From positions 229,774,001 through 229,838,000 of the forward strand of contig NC_086097.1 of assembly GCF_963921235.1 (NCBI RefSeq): a DNA stretch of 64,000 nt, given 5' to 3'. This document shows, in pieces, positions 24,755 to 37,507 of the stretch; within the stretch, counting starts at the first letter, position 1; each line of letters starts with the position of its first letter. Made by a program: the position numbers and the translations under genes. The stretch comes from Mobula hypostoma. Taxonomy: Eukaryota. The notes under the pieces are model-generated. The model did not search any database. It was not told where the DNA came from and saw only the letters and a program-made list of their open reading frames with translations.

Positions 24755-25335
24755 ACCTGTGCAATGTTGGCACTTATTTCAAGGGGAATAGAATATAAAA
24801 GCAAGGAGATAATGCTCAGCCTTTATAAGACATTAGCCAGGCCGCACTTGGGAGTATCGTCAACCGTTTTGGGCCCTGTATCTCAGAAGGGATGTATTGT
24901 CATTGGAGAGAGTTCAGAGGAGGTTCACAAGGATGATTCCAGGAATGAAAGAGTTAACATATGAAGAGCGCTTAGCAGCTTTGGGCCTCTACTCACTGGA
25001 ATTTAGAAGGATACGTGGGAATCTCATTGAAACCTATGAATGTTGAAAGAACTAGATAGGATGGATGTGGAGAGGATGTTTCCTATGGTGGGAGTTCCAG
25101 AACGGGGGGCACAGCCTCAAAACTGAGGGGGCGACCTTTTCAAACAGAGGTAAGGAGGAATTTTCTTTAGCCAGAGAGTAGTGAATTTGTGGAATGCTCT
25201 GCCACAGACTGCGGTGGACGCCAAGTTGTAAGGCGGAAGTTGATAGTTTCCTGATCGCTCAGGGCATCAAAGGACATGGCAAGAAGATAGGAGTTTTGGG
25301 TCGAGTGGGTTCCAGGATCAGCCATGATGGAATGG
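24755..25335 (+). mobile_element. CR1 LINE 3' fragment
   Basis: AMLALISRGIEYKSKEIMLSLYKTLARPHL. Confidence 0.85.
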
Positions 25336-26487
25336 AAACCAAACAAAACAGCATTACTCTGGGGGCAAGAGCAAAACACAGTACCAACAGTCACACAGCG
25401 CACAAGGTACATATGAGACAACATGCACATATATCAGCAAAATACAGTCACACACAAAAAAAAAGCCCAAAACCCTGAGTCCCCGAATGTTGCAGCAGTC
25501 TACGGTCAAACACTGTAGCTTGTTTTCTGTCAGGCGAACACTGGGGAGGTAGGGGGGGATGGGGGCAGCACTGACGGCAACAGCCACAGCGCCTCTGGTG
25601 GAGCGTACTGACTTTGATGCCTCTCTCGTGGGTGGCTGTAAATAGGCGACCCTGCGGCTTGAGGCCTACTCCCCACCATGACCGAGGCCACGCAGCTCCC
25701 CCGCCGTCCATCAGTAAATCAGTGAATTGGCCTTGCAGCATTCCACACTCACAATGTCTAACTCTGTCTTGCGATGACAAGAATAATGACTAAGATGATC
25801 ACTCGCCGTTAGACTGTGCACCTCCTTCACGCCTACCGACTCCTCCAACGCCACTCTGACGCAGGCAGCAGCACGATCCGCTCCTTCAGTTTCTCTGGCA
25901 TTGAGCAACTCGCTGGAGGGGTAGACCTTTAGTACTTTAAGTTCTTAACGTCCAGTAGAGTCTTGCTCTCGTAAAAAAAAATGCTTAAAAAAGACAGTTA
26001 CATTTTTGGTTGAACCTGTAGAAGCTGCTGCGGTTAAACGCCCCGCCATCTTGTTCTGTATGTGTAAAATCCAAGCAATCTATATTGACAATCAAACTAT
26101 TTGTCATAATTTTGCTTTGGTTGACTGACAGCATGTACTGCAATCAACCAATATGTTTAATGCAAACCTGATGTTAGTGATAAAACCTCTTGCTAAAGTT
26201 AACCAAAAATGTTCCACAAACTTAGATCATAGAGCCAGGAAGTCAGAGTTAGGGAGTTATCGAAGGGGTTGGTAACCGAAGGAGCATTCAAAGGGAGACA
26301 TTCTGGTGGCGGTGCTGACCAGGGAGTTTTGGGCGTACTCTACCCAAGCGAGATGGGTGCTCCAGGATGATGGGTTGTTGGCGGTTATGCAGCGCAGTGC
26401 TGCTTCCAAATCCTGGTTTGCTCGTTCTATTTGACTGTTAGTCCGCGGACAGAAGCCGGAAGACAGACTTACTGAAGCTCCAAAGGC

Positions 26488-29038
26488 TTAACAAAAGGAT
26501 CTCCAGACTTGCGAGATGAATTGGGAGCCCCGGTCAGAAATAATGTCAGAGGGAATTTCATGAAGGTGGAAGACGTGATGTACAAAGAGGTCGGCTGTTT
26601 CACGGACTGTAGGGAGTTTGGGAAGGGCTACAAAGTGCACGGTTTTGGAGAAACAGTCCGCCATGGTGAGTACAGCCATGTTACCACGAGAAGGTAGTCC
26701 AGTAACGAAATCCAGAGCAATGTGAAACCAAGGGCAGCCAGGGACGGGTAGGGGACGAAGCAACCCAGCAGGTGGCCGATGGGAGGCTTTTCTGCGGGCG
26801 CATACAGAACAGGCAGAGACGAAGGAGTGAGTCTCAGCATCCATGGTGGGCCACCAGAAATGTCTCTTCAGAAGGGACAGAGTTTGTTCGATTCCGGGAT
26901 GGCAGGCGAAATGAGAAGTATGCCCCCACTGGAGAACCTGAGACTGAACAGAGTCAAGCACGAAGAGGCGACTGGGGGGTCCATTGCCTGGGTCAGGTTG
27001 AGTCCGTTGGGCCTCTTTGACTATGGATTAGATCTCCAGGTGAGGGCAGCCACCACACAGGATGGTGGAAGGATGGTCTCGGGGTTGGGAAGGACCTCCT
27101 CGGAGATGTATTGACAAGAGAGAGCATCGGGCTTCTCGTTCTTGGAACCAGGACGATAGGTGAGTGTGAATCTGAAACGGCCAAAAAAATAATGCCCAAT
27201 GGGCTTAGCGGGAATTGAGGTGTTTAGCACTTTGGATGTATGCCAGGCTCTTATGGTCCATCCAGACGATGAATGGATGTTCAGCTCCCTCCAGCCATTG
27301 CCTCCACTCCTCCAAAGCGAGTTTGATGGCCAGTAACTCCTGGTTCCCAACGTCATAGTTCTGTTTGGTGGTGAGAGAAGAAGGCGCAAGGATAGAGCTT
27401 TTGGTCTGGGACAGAGCGTTGGGAGAGGACCGCTCTCACCCCAGAGTCAGAGGCATCAACTTCCACAATGAATTGGCGAGAGGAGTCAGGTTGGACCAGG
27501 ATGGGAGCGGAGGTGAAACGTCTCTTTAGCTCCGAGAAGGCTGAGTCCGCTTCGGGGTCCCAGTGAAAAGGGGTCGCAGGAGAGGTGAGTTGAGTAAGGG
27601 GCGCTGCCACCCAGCTGTAATCCCTGATGAAGCGACGGTAGTAGTTTGCGAACCCCAGAAATCGCTGGAGTTGCTTGAGCGGTCTGGGTTTTGGCCACTG
27701 TACCACTGCCCGGATCTTTTTGGGATCTGCCCTCACCTGCCCGCTCTCAATGATGTAACCCAGGAAACTGACAGAAGGGACATGGAACTCGCACTTCTCT
27801 GCCTTAACGAATAGCTTTTTCTCCAAAAGCCTCTGAAGAACCTGACGTGTTGGCTATGTTCCTGAAGACTGCGTGAGAAGATTAAGATGTCATCCAAATA
27901 AACGAAAACAAAACGGTGAATGAAGTCCCTAAGGACGTCGTTTACCAGGGCTTGGAAGATGGCGGGGGCATTGGTGAGACCGAATGACATGACCAGATAT
28001 TCAAAATGACCGAGGGGGATGTTAAAAGCTGTATTCCATTTGTCTCCCTCCCTTATCCTGACCAGGTAATAGGCACTCTGCAGGTCCAACTTAGAGAAAA
28101 TTGTAGCTCCATGAAGGGGCTCGAAAGCAGAGTTGATAAGGGGCAGGGGATACTTATTGTTTATGGTGATGCTGTTCAGGCCACAGTAGTCAATGCAGGG
28201 GTGCAGTGAGTCGTCTTTCTTCCCCACAAAGAAGAAACCTGCGCCTACAGTGGAAGATGAGGGTCGGATAATGCCAGCCGCCAGAGAGTCATTCAGGTAA
28301 GCCTCCATTGCTTCCCTTTCTGGTCGAGACAGGTTGTACAGCGGACTGGTGGGTAGAGGGGCTCTGGGGAGAAGGTCAATTGCGCAATCGTAAGGGCGGT
28401 GTGGAGGCAGCGAAAGAGCCCGTTGTTTGCTAAACACTTCTCCCAGATCGTGATACTCTGCTGGAACCTTGGATAAGTCAGGGGATTCAGATGCAGACGA
28501 GGTCACGGTGACCTCCACTGGGGAAAGGGCTGATTGTAGACAAGTGGGTTTGCAGAACAAGCTCCAGCTGACTATCCTCCAGTGGACCAGTCAATATGGG
28601 GGTTATGACGGCTTAACCAGGGGTACCCAAGAACTATAGGAGCTTGAGGATAGGAAATTAAATTGAATCGCACCTGTTCCAGATGGTTCCTGGAGAGAAG
28701 GAGAGACAGGGATGGTGTGCAGTGTGTGACTCGGGCCAACAGTCCACCGTCCAGTGCCTGGGTTCCAGGGGGGCACTCAACGGCTCACGAGGAATTCCAG
28801 CCCGGAAAACTAAGTCTTGATCCAAAAGGTTTCCCTCAGCACCGGAGTCCACTAGTGCTGACAGAGGCAGGGACCATGGGTTGTAACGCAAAGTAGCTTG
28901 AAGCTGCATCCGGGTTCGGGGAACAGAAGGGAATATTGTCTGGCTCACCAGGGTCCCCCTTTCACCTGGTGAGTCTTCCCTTTTGGCCGAAGGGGACGGG
29001 TGGCACGGAAGTGGCTGGACTGGCTGCAATATAGACAC
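26488..29038 (-). pseudogene. Gypsy pol (protease-RT-RNase H-integrase), broken into at least five ORFs
   Basis: ORFs 28658..29038, 27733..28560, 27353..27826, 26993..27199, 26488..26961. Confidence 0.92.
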
Positions 29039-29250
29039 TCACCCGCTTTCAGTCTCCGGAGTCATTTAATGGGAGAAAGGCGGTTCCGTCCCAGCTGCGT
29101 GGGTTCCTCTCCCGGGGCGGTGGAAACGGCAGGGCTGGGAGCCACTCGAGGTGCAGGAGGAGGAGAGAGGCTTGTTCTGGCGGGAGGCGGTAATGAGTGC
29201 CGTGGAGTGGCCAAAGGTGGTGGACGACCAGTTCTGTCTCTATGGCATTC

Positions 29251-30024
29251 TCAGAGACGATTGTCCAACCTGGTGGCTAGGGAGGTCAGGGAATCCAGGC
29301 TGTCGGTGTCGTCTCTTGCTGCCAACTCGTCTTTCACCAGGTAGCTGAGTCCATTCCAAAATACCCCTTGGAGTGCCTCATCGTTCCACCCCAAGTCGGC
29401 CACTAACGTCCGGAACTCCACGGAATAATCGGCAACACCGCGTGAGCCCTGGTGGAGAGTGAGTAAACGCTTGGCGGTGTATTTACCACGGACTGTGTGG
29501 TCAAAGATCTTTCTCATTTCCGCGATAAAGGTGATGAAAGAGGAGCAGATATCCAGTTGGTTATCCCAAACAGCTGTGGCCCAAGCTAAGGCACTTCCCC
29601 GCAACAACCCCATGATGTAAGCAATCTTTGACTTATCCGTGGAGTGCGTGGACGACTGCTGTTCGAACACCAAGGAGCACTGAAGAAGGAAGGCCCGGCA
29701 CTCCCCCAAATCCCCAGCGTAGTGTTCCGGTTCAGGTACGTGAGGGCCTCTTGGCGAGGGTATTGCTGGCATGTAGGGGGTTGCCACTACAGGCTGTCTG
29801 GTCTGGTTAGACAGGGTTCCAGGAGTGGATGGGGTAAAATGGGTGGATACACGGTCCACCTGGTCACCGATCTTCATTACGTCAGCAGACGGGGAACGGA
29901 GGTTCTCCATGACCTCCCGGAGGAGTTGGTTGTGCAGGCCCAGTAGGGAACCCTGGCTGGTGAGGGCTTGCTGAAGGGGATTCGTGTCTGTTGGGTCCAT
30001 AGTGGCCAGATCGTTCTGAGGCAA
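29251..30024 (-). pseudogene. Gypsy gag (capsid), premature stop before the zinc knuckle
   Basis: 257-aa ORF with PEG10/RTL-like capsid motifs. Confidence 0.88.
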
Positions 30025-30636
30025 ACCTAAGCACAGGACACTGGCACAGAGATCTAGTTAGGATGCAGACGCGGGCGTGAGCGTTGAACAGCAAACAGGA
30101 GGGAGAGCAGCAATGCAGGAGGCAGGTAGGATTTTATCTTGACATGGAGAGACTGGGTTTCACAGGTAAAACTCGGAACTGGTGGAGGAGTAGAACTTAG
30201 GACACACAGTCCTAAGCGGCCGAGAAGCATTAATTACCACACTGGCAAAACCAACGATCTGGCAACTAGTGGGTGCAAAGCCAGGCTTCTTATGCTGCAG
30301 GCTGCAGGTCTTGATGAAAACCAGGTGTGACATCACCAAAAATCGGAGCAAGAGGCTGAGAGTGAGGGAGTAAAGGAATCTCGGAGAGAAGTCTTTTTTT
30401 TTTACACTGCTCGGGGAACAGAGGCTAGACTGCGCAGGCGCGTGACGTGGAGCTCCAAAGGTTTAAAACAAGACCACCATATACAGCAGGCAGCGTTGAG
30501 AGTGGGCAGCGGAGTGAGAGGGAGCAGAGTGGGACGGCTTTGGCTCAACAGGCTTTGGCGTGAACAGGCAGAGGCGAGGGTAGGTTCCGGTAAGTTTTGT
30601 TTTGTTTGTTTATAGTAGAGAGAATTCCAGGCAAGA

Positions 30637-31690
30637 TGTTGGAATGCTCCTCTTGCAGGATGTGGGAAGTCAGGGAGACCCCCGGTGTCCCTGACAACGA
30701 CCCCTGCAAGAAGCGCATTCAGCTGCAGCTCCTAACAAAAACAACAGGAATTCTGCAGATGCTGGAAATTCAAGCAACATACATCAAAGTTGCTGGTGAA
30801 CGCAGCAGGCCAAGCAGCATCTATAGGAAGAGGTGCAGTCGACGTTTCAGGCCGAGACCCTTCGTCAGCTCCTAACAAACCACGTTAGGGAACTGGAGCA
30901 GGAGCTGGATGACCTCCAGATCATTCGGGAGAATGAGGAGTTTACAGATAGTAGCTTCAGGGAGGTAGTTACGCCAAAGGAGCAGCACATAGGTAATTGG
31001 GTTACCGTCAGGTGAGGGAAGGGCAAAGGGCAGGGTACCCCTGTGGCCATTCCCCTCAACAACAAGTATACTGATTTGGATACTGTTAGGTGGATGACTT
31101 ACCTGGGACAAGCTGTAGCAGCCAGATCTCTGGCACTGAGTCTGGTTCTGCAGTACAGAAGGGAGGGCGGAAGAAGATGAAAGCGGTGGTGATAGGGGAC
31201 TCGATAGTTAGAGGTACAGATAGGAGGTTCTGTGGTCGTGACAGAGACTCCCGGATGGTTTGTTGCCTCCAGGGTGCCAGGGTCAGGGATGTCTCTGATC
31301 ACGTGCACAGCATTCTGAAGTGGGAGGGTGATCAGCCAGATGTCGTGGTACACGTCGGTACCAATGACGTAGGAAGAAAGAGTGAGGAGGTCCTGGAGAG
31401 TGAGTATAGAGAGCTTGGTAGGAAGTTGAAAAGCAGGACCTCGAGGGTGGTAATCTCAGGATTGCTACCTGTGCCACGTGCCAGTGAGGGTAGGAATAGG
31501 ATGCTCTGGCGGATGAACACATGGCTGAGGAACTGGTGTAGGGGGCAGGGTTTCAGATTTCAGGATTATTGGGACCTCTTCTGGGGCAGGTGGGACCTGT
31601 ACAAGAGAGACGGGTTACACTTAAACTACAAGGGGACCAATATCCTTTGAGGGAGGTTTGTTAGTGCTATTGGGGAGGCTTTAAACTAAA
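30637..31690 (+). pseudogene. CR1 ORF1: zinc-finger/leucine-zipper plus SGNH esterase, disrupted
   Basis: CSSCRMWEV...LQLL; VIGDSIVRG, HVGTND, RDGLHLN. Confidence 0.9.
30740..30865 (-). mobile_element. Short Penelope-like repeat insertion, 14-bp TSD
   Basis: cagctcctaacaaa at 30726-30739 and 30866-30879. Confidence 0.9.
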
Positions 31691-31738
31691 TTTGCAGGGG
31701 ATGGGAACCAGCGTGCCAGAGCAGATAGTGGAGCAGGC

Positions 31739-33750
31739 GTGAAAATAAATGATCTTAAAAGTTCATGCAAAGTCACAAATAGAAGGGTTGTGTGTGGTGG
31801 TAATAATCTTCTGAGGTCTGTCTATTTCAATGCAAGGAGTATTGTGGGGAAGGCTGACGAGCTGAGGGCATGGATTGACACAAGGAATTACGACAATATA
31901 GCCATTAGTGAAACTTGGCTGCAGGAGGGGCAGGACTGGCAGCTTAATGTTCCAGGGTTTTGATGTTTCAGATGTGATAGAGGGGGAGGGATGAAGGATG
32001 GGGGCGGGTGGCATTGCTAGTCAGGGATAATGTTACAGCAGTGCTCAAGCAGGACAGATTAGAGGGCTTGTCTACTGAGGCCATATGGGTGAAGCTGAGA
32101 AACAGGAGAGGTATGACCACATTAATGGGATTGTATTATAGACAACCCAATAGTCAGCAAGAATTGGAGGAGCAAACCTGCAGAGAGATAGCAGACAACT
32201 GCAGGAAACATAAAGTTGTGATGGTAGGGGATTTTAATTTTCCACATATTGATTGGGACTCCTATACTGTTAAAGGTCTTGATGGGTTAGAGTTTGTAAA
32301 ATGTGTTCAGGAAAGTTTTCTAAATCAATATATAAAGGCACCAACTAGAGAGGATGCAATATTATATCTATTAGGAAATGAGTTAAGACAGGTGTTGGAA
32401 GTGTGTGTAGGGGAACACTTTGGTTCCAGTGATCATAACACCATTAGTTTCAACTTGATCATGGATAAAAATAGATCTGGTCCTCGGGTTGAGGTTCTAA
32501 ACTGGAAAAAGGCCAAATTTGAAGAAATGAGAAAGGATCTAAAAAGCGTGGATTGGGACAGGTTGTTCTCTGGCAAGGATGTGATTGATAAGTGGGAGGC
32601 CTTCAAAGGAGAAATTTTGAGAGTGCACAGTTTGTATGTTCCTGTCAGGATTAAAGGCAAGGTGAATAAGAATAAGGAACCTTGGTTCTCAAGGGATATT
32701 GGAACTCTGATAAAGAAGAAGAGAGAGATGTATGACATGTATAGGAAACAGGAAGCAAATAAGGTGCTTGAGGAGTATAAAAAGTGCAAAAAAATACTTA
32801 AGAAAGAAATTAGGTGGGCTAAAAGAAGACATGAGGTTGCTTTGGCAGTCAAGGTGAAGGATAATCCAAAGAGATTCTACAGGTATATTAAGAGCAAAGG
32901 GATAGCAAGGGATAAAATTGGTCCTCTTGAAGATCAGAGTGGTTGGCTATGTATGGAACCAAAAGAAATGGGGGAAATCTTAGATGGTTTTTTTGCATCT
33001 GTGTTTACTAAGGAAACTGGCATGGAGTCAATGGAAATAAGGCAAATAAGTAGTGAGATCATGGAACCTATACAGATTGAAGAGGAGGAGGTGCTTGCTA
33101 TCTTGAGGCAAATCAAAAGATATAAATCCCCAGGACCTGACAGGGTACTCCCTCGGACCTTGAAGGAGACTAGTGTTGAAATTGCAGGGGCCCTAGCAGA
33201 TATATTTAAAATGTTGGTATCTACGGGTGAGGTGCCGGAGGATTGGAGGATAGCTCATGTTGTTCCATTGTTCAAAAAAGACTCTAAAAGTAATCCGGGA
33301 AATTATAGGCCGATAAATTTGACATTGGTAGTAGGTAAATTATGGGAAGGAGTACTAAGAGATAGGATCTACAAGTATTTGGATAGACAGGGACTTATTA
33401 GGGAGAGTCAACATGGCTTTGTGCGTGGTAGGTCATGTTTAACCAATCTATTAAGAGTTTTTCGAGGAGGTTACCAGGAAAGTGGATGAAGGGAAGGCAG
33501 TGGATGTTGTCTACATGGACTTCAGTAAGGCCTTTGACAAAGTCCCGCATGGGAGGTTAGTTAGGAAGATTCAGTTGCTAGGTATATATGGAGAGGTAGT
33601 AAATTGGATTAGACATTGGCTCAATGGAAGAAGCCAGAGAGTGGTGGTGGAGGATTGCTTCTCTGAGTGGAGGCCTGTGACTAGTGGTGTGCCACAGGGA
33701 TCAGTGCTGGGTCCATTGTTATTTGTCATCTATATCAATGATCTGGATGA
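31739..33750 (+). pseudogene. CR1 ORF2 (AP endonuclease and RT N-terminal half), stop and frameshifts
   Basis: [60 protein letters not shown]. Confidence 0.93.
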
Positions 33751-33752
33751 TA

Positions 33753-34458
33753 CAGGTTTCCCCTGCCATCCGAAGAAACGGTTCGTAAGCCAGAATGTCG
33801 TAAAGCGAAGAAGCAATTACCATTTATTTATATGGGAAAATTTTGTGAGCCTTCGCAGACCCAAAAATAACCTACCAAATCATGTCAAATAACACGTAAA
33901 ACCTAAAATAACAGTAACATATAGTAAAAGCAGGAATGATATGATAAATACACAACCTATATAAAGTAGAAATACTTCTCTACGATTGCCTGCACAGATC
34001 TCCGCAGCGAAAATCTCACGCAAGCGCTCTCGGCAGAAAATCTCACGCAAGCGCCGTTGGCATAAACACGCTCTCCAGTAACCTTTAAACTATGAAGTTG
34101 CCAAATCTACCAAATAACACATAAAAATACACAGCCTATATAAAGTGGAAATAATGTATGTACAGTGTAGTATCACTTACCGGAATCGGGACAGCGCCGA
34201 GCACACTGATGATGGTGTGTTAGACTGAGTCGTCGCAGGTTGGGTGGTGCAGTGGCCCCCACCCTCCGGGCCGCTGACCCGATACATTGCCGCGAAGAAC
34301 GCAGCGGTAGCCGGGAGGCACACAGCACATCTTTAAGAAAAAAGCCGAAATAATCATGCTAATTAATTAGGTGCTGCCCGGCACGTAAATGTCGGCGCAG
34401 ATCAGAGGTGATTGCCGATTGCGTCGCCTCTGATCTGGGCCGACAATTACGTGCTAGG
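33753..34458. mobile_element. Probable pogo/Tigger-type MITE, one end lost
   Basis: Starts TA|caggtttcccctgccatccgaag inside CR1 RT; internal direct repeats and a terminal hairpin; no second TIR. Confidence 0.6.
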
Positions 34459-34794
34459 GTAAGGCATTAGTGAGGCCGAATTTGGAGTATTGTGTGCAGT
34501 TTTGGTCACCAAATTACAGGAATGATATTAATAAGGTTGAAAGAGTACAGAGAAGGTTTATAAGGATGTTGCCGGGACTTGAGAAACTGAGTTACAGAGG
34601 AAGGTTGAATAGGTTAGAACTTTATTCCCTGCAGCGTAGAAGAATGAAGGGAAATTTGAAGAATGAGGGGAGATTTCATAGAGGTATATAAAATTATGAT
34701 GGGTATAGATAGAGTGAATGCAAGCAGGCTTTTTCCACTGAGGCAAGGGAAGAAAAAAAACAGAGGACATGGGTTAAGGGTGAAGGGGGAAAAG

Positions 34795-37245
34795 CAGTGG
34801 CGGCGCCAGAGATTTTTTCTTGCTGGTGCTACGGAGGGGCAAAATGATTCAGTGATGGTGCTGAGGGATGCACTGTCTGGTAATATGTATTCACAAGGCC
34901 AGACGCGTGGCGTTAAAAAGTCAGTTTCAAGCATTATGTGCCTACTATAAATGCCTCTGTTGATTCACAAGCAACAGCAATTGACAGATCTAATATAGAA
35001 GTTACAGTGTCAATGGCATCGGAGACAACCTGGGCTACATGGAGCATAAACAAAAAACAACAAACAGAGCATCCGAGCAACAGCAGACAACGTGAATCAC
35101 GCACCAATCCCGCAATCAGCGTCAAATGCATGCTTTTCAACTGAAAAACACAACACAAACCCACTGCTATTCACATTACATAGACAGCAATACCAAAAGA
35201 TACACCATTATTAAAGTCAAATAAGGCAAACAACAACAGATGCAAGGCTTTACCAGGAGTTGGACAAATCGTACTCTGACCATGCAATACCTCAATTAAT
35301 TCGGCTATTGAATTTAAACAAAAATCAACAGAGTCACCGCTTGGAAGTCTAAGCAAAACCAGTAGTCTTAATAGCAGTAAATGTAATATTTTAGGATTTA
35401 CAGGAAACATAAGGACTATGGGGTATCCACCACAAAATAATAATAACAATAATCAGCATTAGTCTTGGCCCAAATTTTTAAAAAATCAACTGCACTCACC
35501 ATTAATGTTTTCAGAGAAGCACAATCCGTCTGTTGTTGTGATTGGTGGCAAAAGCATCAATGATTTTCTGGATGTCAAGTGCCTGGGTCCTCCGGCTGTT
35601 TATGGCCAAGAGAGCCAAGTTGCTGTTCCGAGCATTGCCGCTGCTATTCCTTAAGTAGTTTTTGACGCATCTGAGGCAAGGGAAACTCTGTTCGCATGAG
35701 GATCTATACTGACCTATACATGCGTTCTTATCAATAACACACTGGGCGAGTGTCTGTTCAATGCTTTTAAGAAGCGACTCTGCGTCGAACCCTTCTGCCA
35801 GAGTGAAGTGCAAGAATTCTTCAAGCACTGTTTTGTTATTCAAATACCGCACCACCACTGGTATTTACTCCTTTTTAATCAAGTCTTTACTTATCCAGCC
35901 TCCTTGATTTCTGCACTTATTTGACATCTGACCATATCTGCCATAATACCCACAATTTCATTTTGGATATCATGATGGGTGTTTTTTGCATTTCCAGGAT
36001 TGTCCTCTATCTTTTTAGCTGCAGTCTTATCAAACTTCCCAATTACACTGAGCAACTCAACAAAGTTTCCCCTATTGCCAGATCCATCTTTCTCCCGGTG
36101 TCCTCGCTGGGCAATGCCTTGGCACGCAGTATAGCATAGAGACTCAACCACTGCTCTCATATACTCTCGATTTTCTTGGACAATCTTTGCAAGTCCTTTA
36201 TCAAGCTATTTCCCAATCTTGAACCGTCTTGTTTTATCAATCTGAATTTGGCCCACGCCTCCATCGCAAACTTATGAGCTGCACTTACATGGTGGGTTTT
36301 GAAAGCTGTTGTAGCTTTCCGCCAGTTGCGGTAACCGGTGACAGTGAAGGTAGACTCAGAATGGAACCCATGTCCTCCACACAGGAAATGCCTGCATGCG
36401 AAGTAGAATGTAGCATCTTTTGTGATTGAATATTCCAGCCAGGAGTACAGGTCAAACCAGCCACGAATAAAACTCCTTTGCTGATTGCCAAACTGTTGCG
36501 AAGGGTACTTTTTCAATGCTGGCCGATGGGGTCCTTCCTCAGGCTGCTGGCTAACATCGCTAACAGTATTCCCACTAGCACTAAGAGCGGCTTCATCCAT
36601 GTTCTCTTCCGAATCCCGCTCCATTTCTTGTTCCTCTACTTCGCCCTCGCACTCCTTCGATGAACTGCTGTCGACCTCATCCCCACTTACTTTTTTCTGC
36701 ATGTCACTTTCAATTAAGACAGGCTCAGGCTAAGACACCACTGATTCCTCTGGATGAGGTCGTTTTCTGACTAAAAATCAATCCGATTTTCCACGCCACC
36801 AATATAATGCATGTGCCAGGCCCACGCTAGCTTGTAAAAGCACAATGTGCGCGTGTGACATCCGTTAGTCTCGCGAGACCATGGATCTGCGCCTCGATGT
36901 ATACTATCAATCTCTCGCGTGGGTGAGAGTGAGTGACATCACCACTTTAAGTGATCTTAGATCAGCTTAACTGATCTGAGGACAGCAACGGTAAGACATT
37001 GACAACGAACGAATAAGCAGAAGTGTAGGGTAGATCTGACAGAGTTTATAACTTTATTGCTGCGTGGGTGCTATGGTAATTGGGGGCGCTGTTTCACTAG
37101 ATCGACTGGAGAAACAAGCTGTATTCAAAACTATACAGAGAAAGCAAAGCAGCCGCAGTTAATTTCTTGGTGGTGCTATGGTGGGGCTATTGCAATTTCT
37201 GCTGGGGCTATAGCCCCAGCTAGCACCACCTTAACGCCGCCCCTG
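34795..37245 (-). mobile_element. hAT transposon (Tip100/ZMYM1-like), internally deleted
   Basis: 8-bp TSD gggaaaag (34787-94, 37246-53); TIR cagtggcggcg / cgccgcccctg; TTF-type zinc finger (WLEYS..DATFYFAC), QGIAQRGH..NRGNFVEL, C-terminal CEQSF..L..VKNYLR. Confidence 0.93.
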
Positions 37246-37507
37246 GGGAAAAGTTTAAAGGGAATGGGGGGGCGCTTCTTCACACAGAGTGGTGGGAGTG
37301 TGGAATGAGCTGCCAGATGAAGTGGTAAATGCGGGTTCTTTTTTAACATTTAAGAAAAACTTGGACAGGTACATGGATGAGAGGTGTTTGGAGGGATATG
37401 GTCCAGGTGCAGGTCAGTGGGACTAGGCAGAAAAAATGGTTCGGCACAGCCAAGAAGGGCCAAACAGCCTGTTTCTGTGCTGTAATGTTCTATGGTTCTA
37501 TGGTTCT

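Larger units (their letters stand above)
26240..30325 (-). mobile_element. Ty3/Gypsy LTR retrotransposon, sushi/PEG10-related, frameshifted and 3'-truncated; remainder of the 5' LTR at 37508-37606
   Basis: gag 29251..30024 (PEHYAGDLGECRAFLLQC), zinc knuckle, protease [23 protein letters not shown], RNase [10 protein letters not shown], integrase HHCC plus DFVTGLP and ISDRGSQF. Confidence 0.95.

Noticed and set aside
29251..30024. Domesticated PEG10/RTL-like gag gene
   Set aside because: Premature stop, mutated zinc knuckle, decayed pol and an attached LTR indicate an ordinary dead retrotransposon.
35511..36702. Domesticated ZMYM1/THAP12-like host gene
   Set aside because: Frameshifted, internally deleted, and bounded by TIRs and an 8-bp TSD.
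37201..37220. Perfect 20-bp palindrome gctggggctatagccccagc
   Set aside because: Explained as a subterminal motif of the hAT element.
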